Source: Dehalococcoidia bacterium (lineage in GTDB: Bacteria; Chloroflexota; Dehalococcoidia; SHYB01). Taken from it: 64,000 bases of DNA. Of this stretch, positions 37,715-49,452 are shown piece by piece (the stretch's first letter is position 1; each line of letters starts with the position of its first letter). The stretch spans positions 89,954 through 153,953 of the forward strand of contig CBDBNG010000001.1 of the NCBI GenBank assembly GCA_965207995.1. Direction: 5' to 3'. A model generated the notes under the pieces. That model saw nothing but the letters and a program-made list of their open reading frames with translations. It was not told where the DNA came from and made no database searches. Both the position numbers and the translations under genes were made by a program.

Positions 37715-39982
37715 ATGGTCGCGATTGAGTCCACCCCCGAGTTTGTGGCGGAATCGTATGCGAGGACGCGCGCGAATCTGGACATCGTCCGGGGACGGCT
37801 GGGCCGGCCGCTCAACCTGACGGAGAAGGTCCTCTACGGCCATCTCGACGACCCCCATGGGGAGGACTTAGTCGCCGGCCAGAGCTACCTCCAGCTGAAG
37901 CCGGACCGGATCGCGATGCAGGACGCGACGGCGCAGATGGCGCTGCTGCAGTTCATGCTCGCGGGCAAGGACAGCGTCGCCGTGCCGACGACCGTCCACT
38001 GCGACCATCTCATCCAAGCCCGCACCGGCGCTAGCCAGGACCTGGCGGCGGCGCAGGAGGAGAACAACGAGGTCTACGCATTCTTGAAGTCGGTGGCGCA
38101 GCGCTACGGCGCGGGCTTCTGGAAGCCCGGCTCGGGCATCATCCATCAGGTGGTGCTGGAGAACTACGCCTTTCCCGGCGGCATGATGATTGGCACGGAC
38201 TCGCATACGCCGAATGCGGGCGGGCTCGGCATGTTCGCGGCGGGCGTGGGCGGCGCGGACGCCGTCGATGTGCTGGCCGACTTCCCCTGGGAAGTGCTGC
38301 ACCCCAACGTCGTCGGCGTCAAGCTGACCGGCGCGCCCAGCGGCTGGACCGCGCCCAAGGACGTGATCCTCTACCTCTGCGGACTGCTGACGGTGGCGGG
38401 CGGCACCAACCGCGTGATCGAGTATTTTGGGCCGGGCGCGGAGCAGATCAGCTGCACCGGCAAGGCGACGATCTGCAACATGGGCGCCGAGCTTGGCGCG
38501 ACGTGCTCGATCTTCCCCTATGACCGTCGCATGGCGACCTATTTGGAGGCGACGGAGCGCTCGGCGCTCGCCAGACTGGCCGACGAGAACTCGGACTTGC
38601 TCCGCGCCGACGCCGAGGTGGAGGCCGACCCCGAGCGCTACTACGAGATGGTGGTCGAGATCGATCTGTCGAAACTGGAGCCGCACGTCGTCGGGCCGCA
38701 CACGCCCGACCTGGCGCGGCCGGTTTCCAAACTCGCCGCCGACGTGGCGTCGGAGGGCTACGCCGACAACATCTCGGCCGCGCTGGTGGGAAGCTGCACC
38801 AACTCCTCCTATGAGGACATCGCCCGCACCGCCGACATCGCGGCGCAGGCGCGCGACCAGGGCGCGAAGGTCAAGACGTCGTTCCTGGTGACGCCGGGGT
38901 CGGAGCAGGTGCGCGCCACCATCGAGCGGGACCGGCAGATGGAGGTCCTGCAGTCGGTCGACGCGACGGTGCTGGCGAACGCCTGCGGGCCGTGCATCGG
39001 CCAGTGGAAGCGGAGCGACATCGAGCCCGGCGAGCGCAACAGCATCATCTCGTCGTTCAACCGCAACTTTCCGAAGCGCAACGACGGCAACGCCGAGACG
39101 CTGTCGTTCATCGCCAGCCCGGAGATCGTGATGGCCTACGCCCTGGCGGGCAGCCTCTCCTTCAACCCGCTCACGGACAGCCTGGAGGGGAAGGACGGGC
39201 CGTTCATGCTGGAGGCGCCCGCGCCGGCCCCTGAGGTGCCGCCAGACGGCTTCCTCAGCGACTCGCAGGGATTCGTGGCGCCGTCGGCGAACGGTGCGGC
39301 CGTGGACGTGCGCGTGGCTCCTGACAGCGGCCGGCTGCAAATCCTGACGCCCTTCCCCGCCTGGGACGGCCGCGACTTCGAGCGTCTGCCGGTGCTGCTG
39401 AAGGCCAAGGGCAAGTGCACCACCGACCACATCTCGCCGGCGGGCCCGTGGCTCGCGTATCGGGGCCACCTCGACAAGATCAGCGACAACGCCTTCCTCG
39501 GCGCGGTCAACGCCTTCACCGGCGAGACCGGCGAGGGGCGCGACCCGCTGACGGGCGATACCGGCGTCGCCTTCCCCAAGATCGCCCGCGGTCTGGGCGC
39601 GGCGGGACGGCGCTGGGTTGCCGTCGGCGACTGGAACTACGGCGAGGGCAGCTCCCGCGAGCATGCCGCGATGAGCCCGCGCTATCTCGGCGCGGCGGCG
39701 ATCATCACCCGCGCTTTCGCCCGCATCCATGAGTCGAACCTGAAGAAACAGGGCGTTCTGCCCTTCACCTTCGCCAACCCCGACGACTACGACGCCGTCC
39801 TTGAGGACGACGAGATCAGCATCACGGGGTTGAGCGACCTCGCGCCCGGCAAGCCGGTGGCCGCGACGATCCACCACAGCGACGGCTCGTCGCAGGCCAT
39901 CGAGTTGAATCACACGCTCAACGAAGAGCAGATCGCGTGGTTCAAGGCGGGGTCGGCGCTCAACGCGCTGAACGCGAAGTAG
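37715..39982 (+). CDS. acnA: Aconitate hydratase (mitochondrial-type)
   Basis: MQDATAQMA, HCDHLI, GTDSHT, GSCTNSSYED, ACGPCIGQW, CTTDHIS, GSSREHAA. Confidence 0.93.
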   Translation: MVAIESTPEFVAESYARTRANLDIVRGRLGRPLNLTEKVLYGHLDDPHGEDLVAGQSYLQLKPDRIAMQDATAQMALLQFMLAGKDSVAVPTTVHCDHLIQARTGASQDLAAAQEENNEVYAFLKSVAQRYGAGFWKPGSGIIHQVVLENYAFPGGMMIGTDSHTPNAGGLGMFAAGVGGADAVDVLADFPWEVLHPNVVGVKLTGAPSGWTAPKDVILYLCGLLTVAGGTNRVIEYFGPGAEQISCTGKATICNMGAELGATCSIFPYDRRMATYLEATERSALARLADENSDLLRADAEVEADPERYYEMVVEIDLSKLEPHVVGPHTPDLARPVSKLAADVASEGYADNISAALVGSCTNSSYEDIARTADIAAQARDQGAKVKTSFLVTPGSEQVRATIERDRQMEVLQSVDATVLANACGPCIGQWKRSDIEPGERNSIISSFNRNFPKRNDGNAETLSFIASPEIVMAYALAGSLSFNPLTDSLEGKDGPFMLEAPAPAPEVPPDGFLSDSQGFVAPSANGAAVDVRVAPDSGRLQILTPFPAWDGRDFERLPVLLKAKGKCTTDHISPAGPWLAYRGHLDKISDNAFLGAVNAFTGETGEGRDPLTGDTGVAFPKIARGLGAAGRRWVAVGDWNYGEGSSREHAAMSPRYLGAAAIITRAFARIHESNLKKQGVLPFTFANPDDYDAVLEDDEISITGLSDLAPGKPVAATIHHSDGSSQAIELNHTLNEEQIAWFKAGSALNALNAK

Positions 39983-39998
39983 GGGAGGCTCGCTCCGG

Positions 39999-40026
39999 CC
40001 CGCCCTCAGTCCCTCCCAGAGGGAGG
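39999..40026 (+). repeat. CCCGCCCTCAGTCCCTCC palindromic repeat copy
   Basis: Matches 23865-23903 and 41861-41899. Confidence 0.75.
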
Positions 40027-40056
40027 CATGAGGTGCTCGCCAAAGCGGTGCGGGCG

Positions 40057-40587
40057 CTATTTCAGGACGATGCGCTCGAACTGGTCGACGGCGAGCTTGG
40101 CGCGCTCGCGGAGGGGTTCCTCGGTGAGGCTGCCGAGGGGGTGGGCGACCTCGGCCCATTCGATGTCGGGGATGCCGCCGATCTTGGCCATGGCCTTGCA
40201 GACGTCGCGGAACCGGTCGGTGCCGATGAGCATGGAGGGGACGCCCATCTTCTCGAGTTCGATGCTGTTGAGCAGACCGCTCGAACTGCAGGAGCCTCAG
40301 TCGCCGTGGGTGAGGATGATGACGTCGCAGTCCTCGACGTCGCGCCACTCGTCGCGCTTCATCACCCGCATGCCCTGGTAGACGCCGCGGACGACGCCGC
40401 CGAGCTCGTAGCGGGAGCGCAGCTCTTCCTCCACCATGTCGAGGAGGCGGTCGGCGTTGAGTTTCCGGTTGCTGTAGAGGCCGACCCTCCTGCCGTCAAG
40501 GGTGGGCAGCCGCGGGGCCAGCCCTTCCATCTCGGCGATCGACTCCGCCGTGGGCTCCAGGACGGTGAGACGCTGCGCTACGACCAT
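40057..40587 (-). CDS. UGSC-family selenoprotein (Sec at in-frame TGA 40299-40297), 176 aa
   Basis: ILTHGD-U-GSCSS joins two track ORFs in one frame; SECIS-like hairpin GAGC-GGTCT-GCTC follows. Confidence 0.88.
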
Positions 40588-40625
40588 GGCGTTCCTCCCC
40601 TGCCGCGCTTCGTGGCGATTATAGC

Positions 40626-41717
40626 CTAGTAGCCCTCGATGACGCGCGAGACGGGCGCCCCGCCGTAGGGGAAGAGGCAGTGGACGAAGGCGCCGGCGTA
40701 GGCGCCGGAGACGGCGACGTAGATGTCGTCGGGGGTTGCGCCGGCGGCGACATAGCGCTCGTCGTCGCCCTCGACGACGGGCGAGCCGATGCGCTCGCCG
40801 AGCCCGCCGCTGACGCCCCAGCCATTCTCCTTGGCCCAACGGACGGTGCGGCGCGTGCTCTCGAAGATGGCCTGGCGGATGTCGGCCTTGGACCAGCCGG
40901 CCCGCACGAAGTGGTCGGCGCACTCCGGCGGCAAGATGACGACCGTGAATCCGGCGGCGCTCATCTTGCCCGAGCCGCGTAGGTACTGGCAGAGCATGGC
41001 GATGGTCTCATCGGCGTCCTGGGCGGCGGAGAGGCCGTATTGGACGTGGCCGTTGGTGGAGAAGAGGGTCACGACGCTCTGCTCGCGCTCGTAGCCGCGG
41101 TCGGCGTGGAGCGGGTTCAGCGAGGGGTAGTCGACCTCGTTTTCGACGATGTGATAGCCGGCGTAGCGGGCGGGCTGACCGATGGTGGCGCGGTCGAGGA
41201 TGGGCCGGTGCTCCTCCGCGTTGCCCGCGCCGGGCACGGAGCCGAGCACGTTGATCTGCACGAGGCGCAGGGCGCGTCCGATGGTGGAGTTGGCCCGGTT
41301 CCCCGGGCCGAGGACGTTGCCGCGGAAGTTCATGCCCAGGCGCTCGATGACGGGGCCGTTGACGATGAAGCCGAGGGCCGCCCCGCCGGTGGTGGCGTTG
41401 GGGATGTGCATGCTGCTGCGCTCGTCGCAGAGCGCTTCGAGCAAAGCGAGGGCGACGGGGAAGTAGTCCGGCTTGCAGCCGGCCATGACGGCGTTGATGG
41501 CGGCTTTTTCGACGGTGATGACGCGCCGCCGCGAGGGGTACTCACCGACGATGTCGTCCGGGGCTCGCCCCGAGGCGTCGACGAAGGCGGCGACCTTCTC
41601 CTCTGTCGGCGGGACGATGGGGAGGCCGTCGGTCCAGCCGCGCTCGAAGAAGAGCTCGATGGCGTCGTCGAGGCCGTCGACGTCGTGCCGTGGGGAGGTC
41701 AGGGCTTCGCCCGCCAT
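40626..41717 (-). CDS. Uncharacterised partner protein of the UGSC selenoprotein
   Basis: GWTDGLPIVPPT, AINAVMAGC, GNRANSTIGRALRL, GWSKADI. Confidence 0.82.
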   Translation of the reverse strand: MAGEALTSPRHDVDGLDDAIELFFERGWTDGLPIVPPTEEKVAAFVDASGRAPDDIVGEYPSRRRVITVEKAAINAVMAGCKPDYFPVALALLEALCDERSSMHIPNATTGGAALGFIVNGPVIERLGMNFRGNVLGPGNRANSTIGRALRLVQINVLGSVPGAGNAEEHRPILDRATIGQPARYAGYHIVENEVDYPSLNPLHADRGYEREQSVVTLFSTNGHVQYGLSAAQDADETIAMLCQYLRGSGKMSAAGFTVVILPPECADHFVRAGWSKADIRQAIFESTRRTVRWAKENGWGVSGGLGERIGSPVVEGDDERYVAAGATPDDIYVAVSGAYAGAFVHCLFPYGGAPVSRVIEGY

Positions 41718-41755
41718 GGGGGTCCTCCGGTGTGGAGTCAGGTCTGGTGGGCGTC

Positions 41756-41784
41756 AGGGTAGGGGGAGCGTGGGGTGGTGTCAA
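41756..41784 (-). promoter_or_regulatory. Promoter of the partner/UGSC unit
   Basis: TTGACA-17-TACCCT; GGAGG before ATG 41717. Confidence 0.6.
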
Positions 41785-41860
41785 AAGCGGCGTGGGTGGT
41801 CGGCTTTGAGTGGGCTTTGCGTTGGCGGCTCCGTGGACGGTGGTGCACCCCTCCCCACTC

Positions 41861-41899
41861 CCCGCCCTCAGTCCCTCCCTGAGGGAGGGAGGCTTAAGG
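41861..41899 (+). repeat. CCCGCCCTCAGTCCCTCC palindromic repeat copy
   Basis: CCCGCCCTCAGTCCCTCCCTGAGGGAGGGAGGCTTAAGG. Confidence 0.78.
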
Positions 41900-41969
41900 G
41901 GCTCTTCCTTACGTCAGGCAGGCAAAGATTTGCGTTTCGGATAGCAATCCAACAGGTGGGATGGGCAAA

Positions 41970-42299
41970 TTAGAGGTACGGACCGAGGTGGAAGCCGCCG
42001 AGGACGTGCAGGTGGGCGTGGTGTTGAGTCTGGAGGGCGTCGGGGCCGAAGTTGGAGAGGAGGCGGAAGCCGTTGGGGCAGAGCTCTTCGGCGAGGTTGA
42101 CGGCTGCAGTGCTGACCTTCTGCATCATGCCGCTCTTCCAGAGGTCCTGCTGGGCCATGTGCTCCTTGGGCATGGCCATCATCATCACCGGGGCCCACCG
42201 GAGGATGTTGTCGAAGATGATGACCTCGTCGTCTTGGTAGCGGATGGTGCCGGGCTCGCGGCCCGCGATGATTTCACAGAAGACGCAGTAGTACTGCAA
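41970..42299 (-). CDS. HIT family hydrolase
   Basis: CVFCEII, PKEH, HAHLHVLGG. Confidence 0.88.
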   Translation of the reverse strand: MQYYCVFCEIIAGREPGTIRYQDDEVIIFDNILRWAPVMMMAMPKEHMAQQDLWKSGMMQKVSTAAVNLAEELCPNGFRLLSNFGPDALQTQHHAHLHVLGGFHLGPYL

Positions 42300-42310
42300 C
42301 GGCGGGACCC

Positions 42311-43717
42311 TCAGCTTCTACGGGGTTTGGAGGTGCGGCGGCGCGTCGAGGCCGCCGGAGGCTTGGCCGCGTAGGCCCGCCCCGTCCGGTAGTCGGGGGC
42401 TTCGATCTTGAACAGAATAGTCAGCCGCATGTCGCTGAAGTGCGACCATAGCCGTGGGTCAACGTCTTCTTCCGTATCCATGGTCGACGTCACGATCGTG
42501 GGAAGTCCGGCGAGCTTGCGTTGGTTCAAGATCAGATAGAGCGTGTCCGAGGCCCATTCGGTGATGACCGACGCATCGAAGTCGTCGAGCACCAGCAGGT
42601 CGGTGCGGGCCAGCCGGTCGATGGTCTGGAACGCCTCGCGGCTTGGCTGTCCAAACGTCGAGCGCAGGTAGTCAAGGAGTTTGGGCACCAGGACCATGGT
42701 GACGTTGTCGCCCTGCTCGCGGCGGTGGGCCGCGATGGCCGCCGCCAGGTGTGTCTTGCCGCAGCCGTGGGTGCCGGTGAACACGAGCCAGCCTTCGGGA
42801 TGCTTCGCAAAGCCGCGGGCGGTCGCCAGGGCGGCTTGGAGGTTCTCCCTGGCGGATTTCCCCAGCCCCCCGCCGGCGGAGTCGAAGCTCTCGAACGTCA
42901 TCCCCGAGGGCTGAAAGTCGAGGACGTCGACGGTGTCCTCCGACGGCCCACGGCCGCGGAGCCGCACGATGCGCGACACGGCGGTGTCGGCGAGCCGGCC
43001 GGCGACCCGCTCGTCGAGCCTGTCGACCGGCCCGGGCGTCGTGATCACGGTGGGAAGGCGCTCGTTGTAGCGGTGGGTGAGGACCTGTGCCAGCTTCTCC
43101 TTCGCCCATGGGGTGGCGCTTTCGTCGCCGAGGTCGTCGAGCACAAGCAGAGGAACGGAGCGCACTTGCTCGAACATCTCGTCGTAGGCGAGGTCGCTGT
43201 CGGGGGCGTAGGTGGAGCGTAGGTGGTCGAGGAGGTCGGCGGCGGTGACGAAGAAGACGGGCTCCCCGGCGTCGATGCGCTGGTTGGCGATCGCGGCGGC
43301 GATGCGGGTCTTGCCGCTCCCCGTGGGGCCGAGAAGGACGAGCCAGCCCGCGGGCGACGCCGCGAAGGCGCGGGCTTGGTCGACGGCCGCGCCCTCGATT
43401 CCCAGGGAGGAGAGCGAGTCGAAGGTCACGCCGCCGAGGGCGCCCAGGTTGCTGAGCTTGGTCAGGCGGTCGCGGCGCTCCGACTCGAAGCGCGCCAGGG
43501 TGCAGGAACAAGGGAAGATCTCGCCGAAGTCGGGATGACCCACGGGTACGTCGCGGCGCACCCAACCGATGTCGCCGCAGATATCGCAGGCCGGCGGGGG
43601 CCCGGCCGGCGCGGGTTCATTTTCGCCTGACGACGTCTTCGAACCGGCGGGCCGGCTCTTGCCGTTCTGTCCCGGTCTCCGGCGATAGTTTCCGAGGACG
43701 TCTCCGATGCTCTCCAT
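42311..43717 (-). CDS. DnaC/IstB-like helicase loader with two tandem AAA+ domains
   Basis: CDIC...CSC Zn site; GPTGSGKT/LLVLDDLG and GTHGCGKT/LLVLDDFD. Confidence 0.88.
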   Translation of the reverse strand: MESIGDVLGNYRRRPGQNGKSRPAGSKTSSGENEPAPAGPPPACDICGDIGWVRRDVPVGHPDFGEIFPCSCTLARFESERRDRLTKLSNLGALGGVTFDSLSSLGIEGAAVDQARAFAASPAGWLVLLGPTGSGKTRIAAAIANQRIDAGEPVFFVTAADLLDHLRSTYAPDSDLAYDEMFEQVRSVPLLVLDDLGDESATPWAKEKLAQVLTHRYNERLPTVITTPGPVDRLDERVAGRLADTAVSRIVRLRGRGPSEDTVDVLDFQPSGMTFESFDSAGGGLGKSARENLQAALATARGFAKHPEGWLVFTGTHGCGKTHLAAAIAAHRREQGDNVTMVLVPKLLDYLRSTFGQPSREAFQTIDRLARTDLLVLDDFDASVITEWASDTLYLILNQRKLAGLPTIVTSTMDTEEDVDPRLWSHFSDMRLTILFKIEAPDYRTGRAYAAKPPAASTRRRTSKPRRS

Positions 43718-44345
43718 CCGGTCCGCCTTGACGTTCCCAGTTCTCCAGAATGCGTTGGACGTAGCGCCAGCTACGTTTGTTCAGCCGTTGGGCCTCGCGG
43801 AACGCCTCGACGATCCACTCGCTCGGGTAGGCCTCCTCGGCCTCCTTGAGCTCGTCGACGATCAGCGGAGACACGACCCCGACGCCGGCCTCGTAGAGCG
43901 AGAAGATGTCGCGGCGCTCCGGCGTTCGCGGCGGGGGGTCGGCCTTGGGCATGGCGCCCAGGTCGATCTCGCCGCGCCGGACCCGCTCGACAGCCCTGCG
44001 GTCGGCGTCGGTGTTCAGCCAGTATAGGTGGTGTGTCGAGGCGGGCTCGTCCAGCGGCAGATGAAGGAAGACGCCGCGGGCGACGGCCTTCTCCAACCCG
44101 TTGGCGAGCGCCTTGGCGGGGTCGGCGCCGGCCCTGGTGAGGCCCGACATGAGGTCGAGGTCGGCGGCGAGCTCGGCCTGCGTCACGAAGCGGACGTAGC
44201 CCTTCTTGAGGGCGAGCCGCCGGAAGAGGTGGAGGCTGACGCGGAGCTCGTCATCGTCGTCGATGAGGGGGAGGACGTCGCTAAAGAAGGCGTTGGGGAT
44301 TGCCGTCTTCTGGGAGCGGGAGGGGAAGCCGGAGAAGCCGTCCAT
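43617..44345 (-). CDS. DnaD-domain replication protein
   Basis: IPNAFFSD, IFSLYE, WIVEAF, SWRYVQRILENW. Confidence 0.85.
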   Translation of the reverse strand: MDGFSGFPSRSQKTAIPNAFFSDVLPLIDDDDELRVSLHLFRRLALKKGYVRFVTQAELAADLDLMSGLTRAGADPAKALANGLEKAVARGVFLHLPLDEPASTHHLYWLNTDADRRAVERVRRGEIDLGAMPKADPPPRTPERRDIFSLYEAGVGVVSPLIVDELKEAEEAYPSEWIVEAFREAQRLNKRSWRYVQRILENWERQGGPDGEHRRRPRKLSPETGTERQEPARRFEDVVRRK

Positions 44346-44349
44346 CGGC

Positions 44350-45726
44350 TTAGACGCCCTTCTGGGTGTTGCGGAAAGTGGTGATCCGCTCGTCGAACCA
44401 CAGCTTGATCATGCCGATGGGGCCGTGGCGGTGCTTGGCGACGATGATCTCGGAGATGCCCTTGGGGTAGGGCCGGTCGGGGTGGAGCTTCTCCCACTGC
44501 TCCGCGTTGTGGATCATGTCCTCGCGGTAGATGAACATCACGACGTCGGCGTCCTGCTCGATGCTGCCGCTTTCGCGAAGGTCGGAGAGCATGGGACGCT
44601 GCTCGGGGCGCATCTCGACGCCGCGGCGAAGCTGGGAGAGGGCGACGACGGGCACGTCGAGGTCGCGGGCGAGTCCCTTCAGGGACCGGGAGATCTCGCT
44701 GACCTCCTGGACGCGGTTTCCGGCGCCAACGCGGCTGTCGCCGCGCATCAGTTGCAGATAGTCGACGATGATCAGGTCGAGGCCCCGCTCGAGGTGGAGA
44801 CGCCGGGCCTTGCTCCGCATCTCGACGACGTTGAGCAGAGGGGTGTCGTCGACCCAGATCGGCAGCTCGGCCAGCTCGCCGATGGCCTGCATCAGGCTGC
44901 CCTCCTCGGTGTCGAACTGGCGGCCTTGCCGGTACTCGCGCAGGCGGTAGGCGTCGATCTGAGAGACGCTGGACAGCAGCCGGTCGGCAAGCTGCTCCTT
45001 GCCCATCTCGAGGCTGAAGACGGCGACGTGCGCACCGCTGGCGTTGGCGGCGTTGTAGGCGACGTTCAGGGCAAGGCTGCTCTTGCCGAGGCTGGGCCGC
45101 GCGGCGACGATCACGAGGTCGGAGCGTTGCAGGCCGCCGAGCAGCTTGTCGAGATCGAGGAAGCCCGTGGGGATGATCTCGGGGGCGTCGGGGCGGAGCT
45201 CCGATTCCTGGCGCCGGTCGACGAGGTACTGGTCGAGGATGTCGCTCAGGGCGACGAAGTCGCGGCCGCCTTCGCCGGTGCGGAGCTTGAAGAGGTGGTC
45301 CTCGGCCTGGGTGAGGGCAGCGTCGACGTCGGGGCCGCCTTCGTAGCCGACCGCGGCGATGGCGTCGGATGCCTCGATGAGGCGGCGCATCATGGCGACG
45401 CGGTGCACGATGCGGGCATAGTGCTCGACGTGGGCCGAGGTGGGCGTCTTGGCCACGAGGTGGCTCAAGTACATCGCCCCGCCGATTTCTTCGAGCACGC
45501 CCTGCTGGTCGAGCTCGGAGGCGATGGTTATCTGGTTGATCGCCTCGCTGCGGTTGAAGAGGGCGAGGCAGGCGTCGTAGCACGCCTTCGTCCGGGGCAC
45601 GGAAAAATCGCCGGCGTCGAGGACGTTCGCGATCTTGAGGAGTGCGTCGCCGTCGATGAGCAGGGAGCCAACGACCGCCTCCTCCGCCTCCACGTCCTGG
45701 GGCGGCAGACGATCCGTGTTAACCAT
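44350..45726 (-). CDS. dnaB: Replicative DNA helicase
   Basis: LPPQDVEAE, AARPSLGKS, FSLEM, DYLQL, LRESGSIEQDAD, KHRHGP. Confidence 0.96.
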   Translation of the reverse strand: MVNTDRLPPQDVEAEEAVVGSLLIDGDALLKIANVLDAGDFSVPRTKACYDACLALFNRSEAINQITIASELDQQGVLEEIGGAMYLSHLVAKTPTSAHVEHYARIVHRVAMMRRLIEASDAIAAVGYEGGPDVDAALTQAEDHLFKLRTGEGGRDFVALSDILDQYLVDRRQESELRPDAPEIIPTGFLDLDKLLGGLQRSDLVIVAARPSLGKSSLALNVAYNAANASGAHVAVFSLEMGKEQLADRLLSSVSQIDAYRLREYRQGRQFDTEEGSLMQAIGELAELPIWVDDTPLLNVVEMRSKARRLHLERGLDLIIVDYLQLMRGDSRVGAGNRVQEVSEISRSLKGLARDLDVPVVALSQLRRGVEMRPEQRPMLSDLRESGSIEQDADVVMFIYREDMIHNAEQWEKLHPDRPYPKGISEIIVAKHRHGPIGMIKLWFDERITTFRNTQKGV

Positions 45727-45734
45727 GGCGCTCC

Positions 45735-46457
45735 CTACGAAGTCTGAGGTTCTTCGTCCTCGGTCGCTTCGGCCTCGGGCTCGTCCTGCTCCGCCGTCAC
45801 GGCGGGCGCCTCTTCAGTAGGCTCCTCTTCGGAGGCGACTTCCTCTTCCTCGGAAGACTCTTCGGCGGGCGGGTCCTCGACGGTCTCTTCGGCTTCCGCC
45901 GCGGCCTCTTCGCCTTCCTCGGCCGGGGCGTCTTCGGCGCCGGTCTCGGCCTCGTCCTCGGCTTCGAGCTCGGCGACGACCTCCTCGGCGGTGGCCTCCT
46001 CGTCGAGGGCGCCGCCGATGGGGGCGACACGCACCTTCACGGTGGGCTCGAAGCCGAAGCCGAGCTTGACGGGGACTTCGTAGGAGCCGAGCTGGCGGAT
46101 CGGCTCGGTGAGGATGAGGCGGCGGTCGATTTCCTGGCCGGCGATCTCGGTCAGCTCCTCGGCGATCATCGCGTTGGTGATCGAGCCATAGAGCCGGTTG
46201 TTGCGGCCGGCGCGGACCTCGATGGTGATCGCCGCGCCCTCGATCTTCTCGGCGACGGCGGACATGTTCTTCTCGGCGACGTCGCGGCGCTGGGAGGCGG
46301 CTGCCTGAAGTCGGGCCACCCGGTTCATCTGGTCGGGCGTGGCGAGCACGGCGAGCTTCTTGGGAAGCAGATAGTTGCGGGCGAAACCGTTCTTGACGTT
46401 CTTGATGTCGCCGGCGTAGGCGGTGCCGGGAACGTCTTCGACAAAGAGCACTTGCAT
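45735..46457 (-). CDS. rplI: 50S ribosomal protein L9 with long acidic C-terminal tail
   Basis: MQVLFVEDV, VKNGFARNYLLPK, LYGSIT, PIRQLG. Confidence 0.93.
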   Translation of the reverse strand: MQVLFVEDVPGTAYAGDIKNVKNGFARNYLLPKKLAVLATPDQMNRVARLQAAASQRRDVAEKNMSAVAEKIEGAAITIEVRAGRNNRLYGSITNAMIAEELTEIAGQEIDRRLILTEPIRQLGSYEVPVKLGFGFEPTVKVRVAPIGGALDEEATAEEVVAELEAEDEAETGAEDAPAEEGEEAAAEAEETVEDPPAEESSEEEEVASEEEPTEEAPAVTAEQDEPEAEATEDEEPQTS

Positions 46458-46560
46458 GGAAAGCCGTCCTGTTGAGAGCGTGAAGCGGCGGCCCGAAAGG
46501 CCGCGTTTCATTATAGGCGTGGGGCGCGCGTCGGCACAAGAAAGAGTTGGCAGGCGGCGG

Positions 46561-47067
46561 CTACTGGAGCGAGACGTGGCAGGAAGCGAGGCCGCGTTTT
46601 TCGAGGTATTGCTGGTGGTAGTCCTCGCCCATCCAGAAGTCGCCCGCGGGCTCGATTTGGGTGACGACGGGCCGGCCGGCGTAGCGGTTGGCGGCCTGGA
46701 GGGCGTCGCGGGTGGCGGTGGCGACGCGCTGCTGCTCGTCGTCGTGGTAGAAGATGACGGTGCGGTACTGCGAGCCGAAGTCGGGGCCTTGGCGGTTCAG
46801 CTGGGTGGGGTCGTGGACGTTCCAGAAGGTGTCGACGAGCTGTTCGTAGGAGACCTTGTTGGGGTCGTACTCGACCTGGACGACCTCGGCGTGGCCGGTG
46901 CGGTCGGAGCAGACCTCGCGGTAGGTGGGGTCGAGCTTGTGTCCGCCCATGTAGCCGACGGCGGTGTGGGTGACGCCGTCGATCTCGCGGAAGGCGGCCT
47001 CGACGCCCCAGAAGCAGCCCGCGCCGAAGGTGGCCTTCTTGGTGGTAGCTTCGGTGGTATCGCTCAT
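46561..47067 (-). CDS. msrA: Peptide-methionine (S)-S-oxide reductase
   Basis: [31 protein letters not shown]. Confidence 0.96.
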   Translation of the reverse strand: MSDTTEATTKKATFGAGCFWGVEAAFREIDGVTHTAVGYMGGHKLDPTYREVCSDRTGHAEVVQVEYDPNKVSYEQLVDTFWNVHDPTQLNRQGPDFGSQYRTVIFYHDDEQQRVATATRDALQAANRYAGRPVVTQIEPAGDFWMGEDYHQQYLEKRGLASCHVSLQ

Positions 47068-47100
47068 GGTCTTCCCTCGCGCGCCGTTCGCGGCGTCCGG

Positions 47101-49314
<2,214 letters not shown>

Positions 49315-49452
49315 GATCCGCCGCCGGAAGCGCCGTCGGACGCGGCGGGGATGGGGCTGGCATCGGGGTCGCGTCGCATGGCTTCCAGGGCGTCATCCTA
49401 CCATAACGACGGCGCCGCGCTGCCCCTTTCGCGGTGCGGTACCCTGTAGGGC

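Noticed and set aside
40057-40923. Two separate ORFs or a nonsense pseudogene
   Set aside because: In-frame UGA within a UxxC motif plus a SECIS-like hairpin fits one selenoprotein better
42311-43717. IS21 IstB or prophage replication module
   Set aside because: No IstA, terminal repeats or phage genes; embedded in the rplI-dnaB operon
44350-45726. Intein or inactivation in dnaB (LSQLRR instead of LSQLSR/LSQLNR)
   Set aside because: Normal length with all core motifs present; a single substitution is not informative
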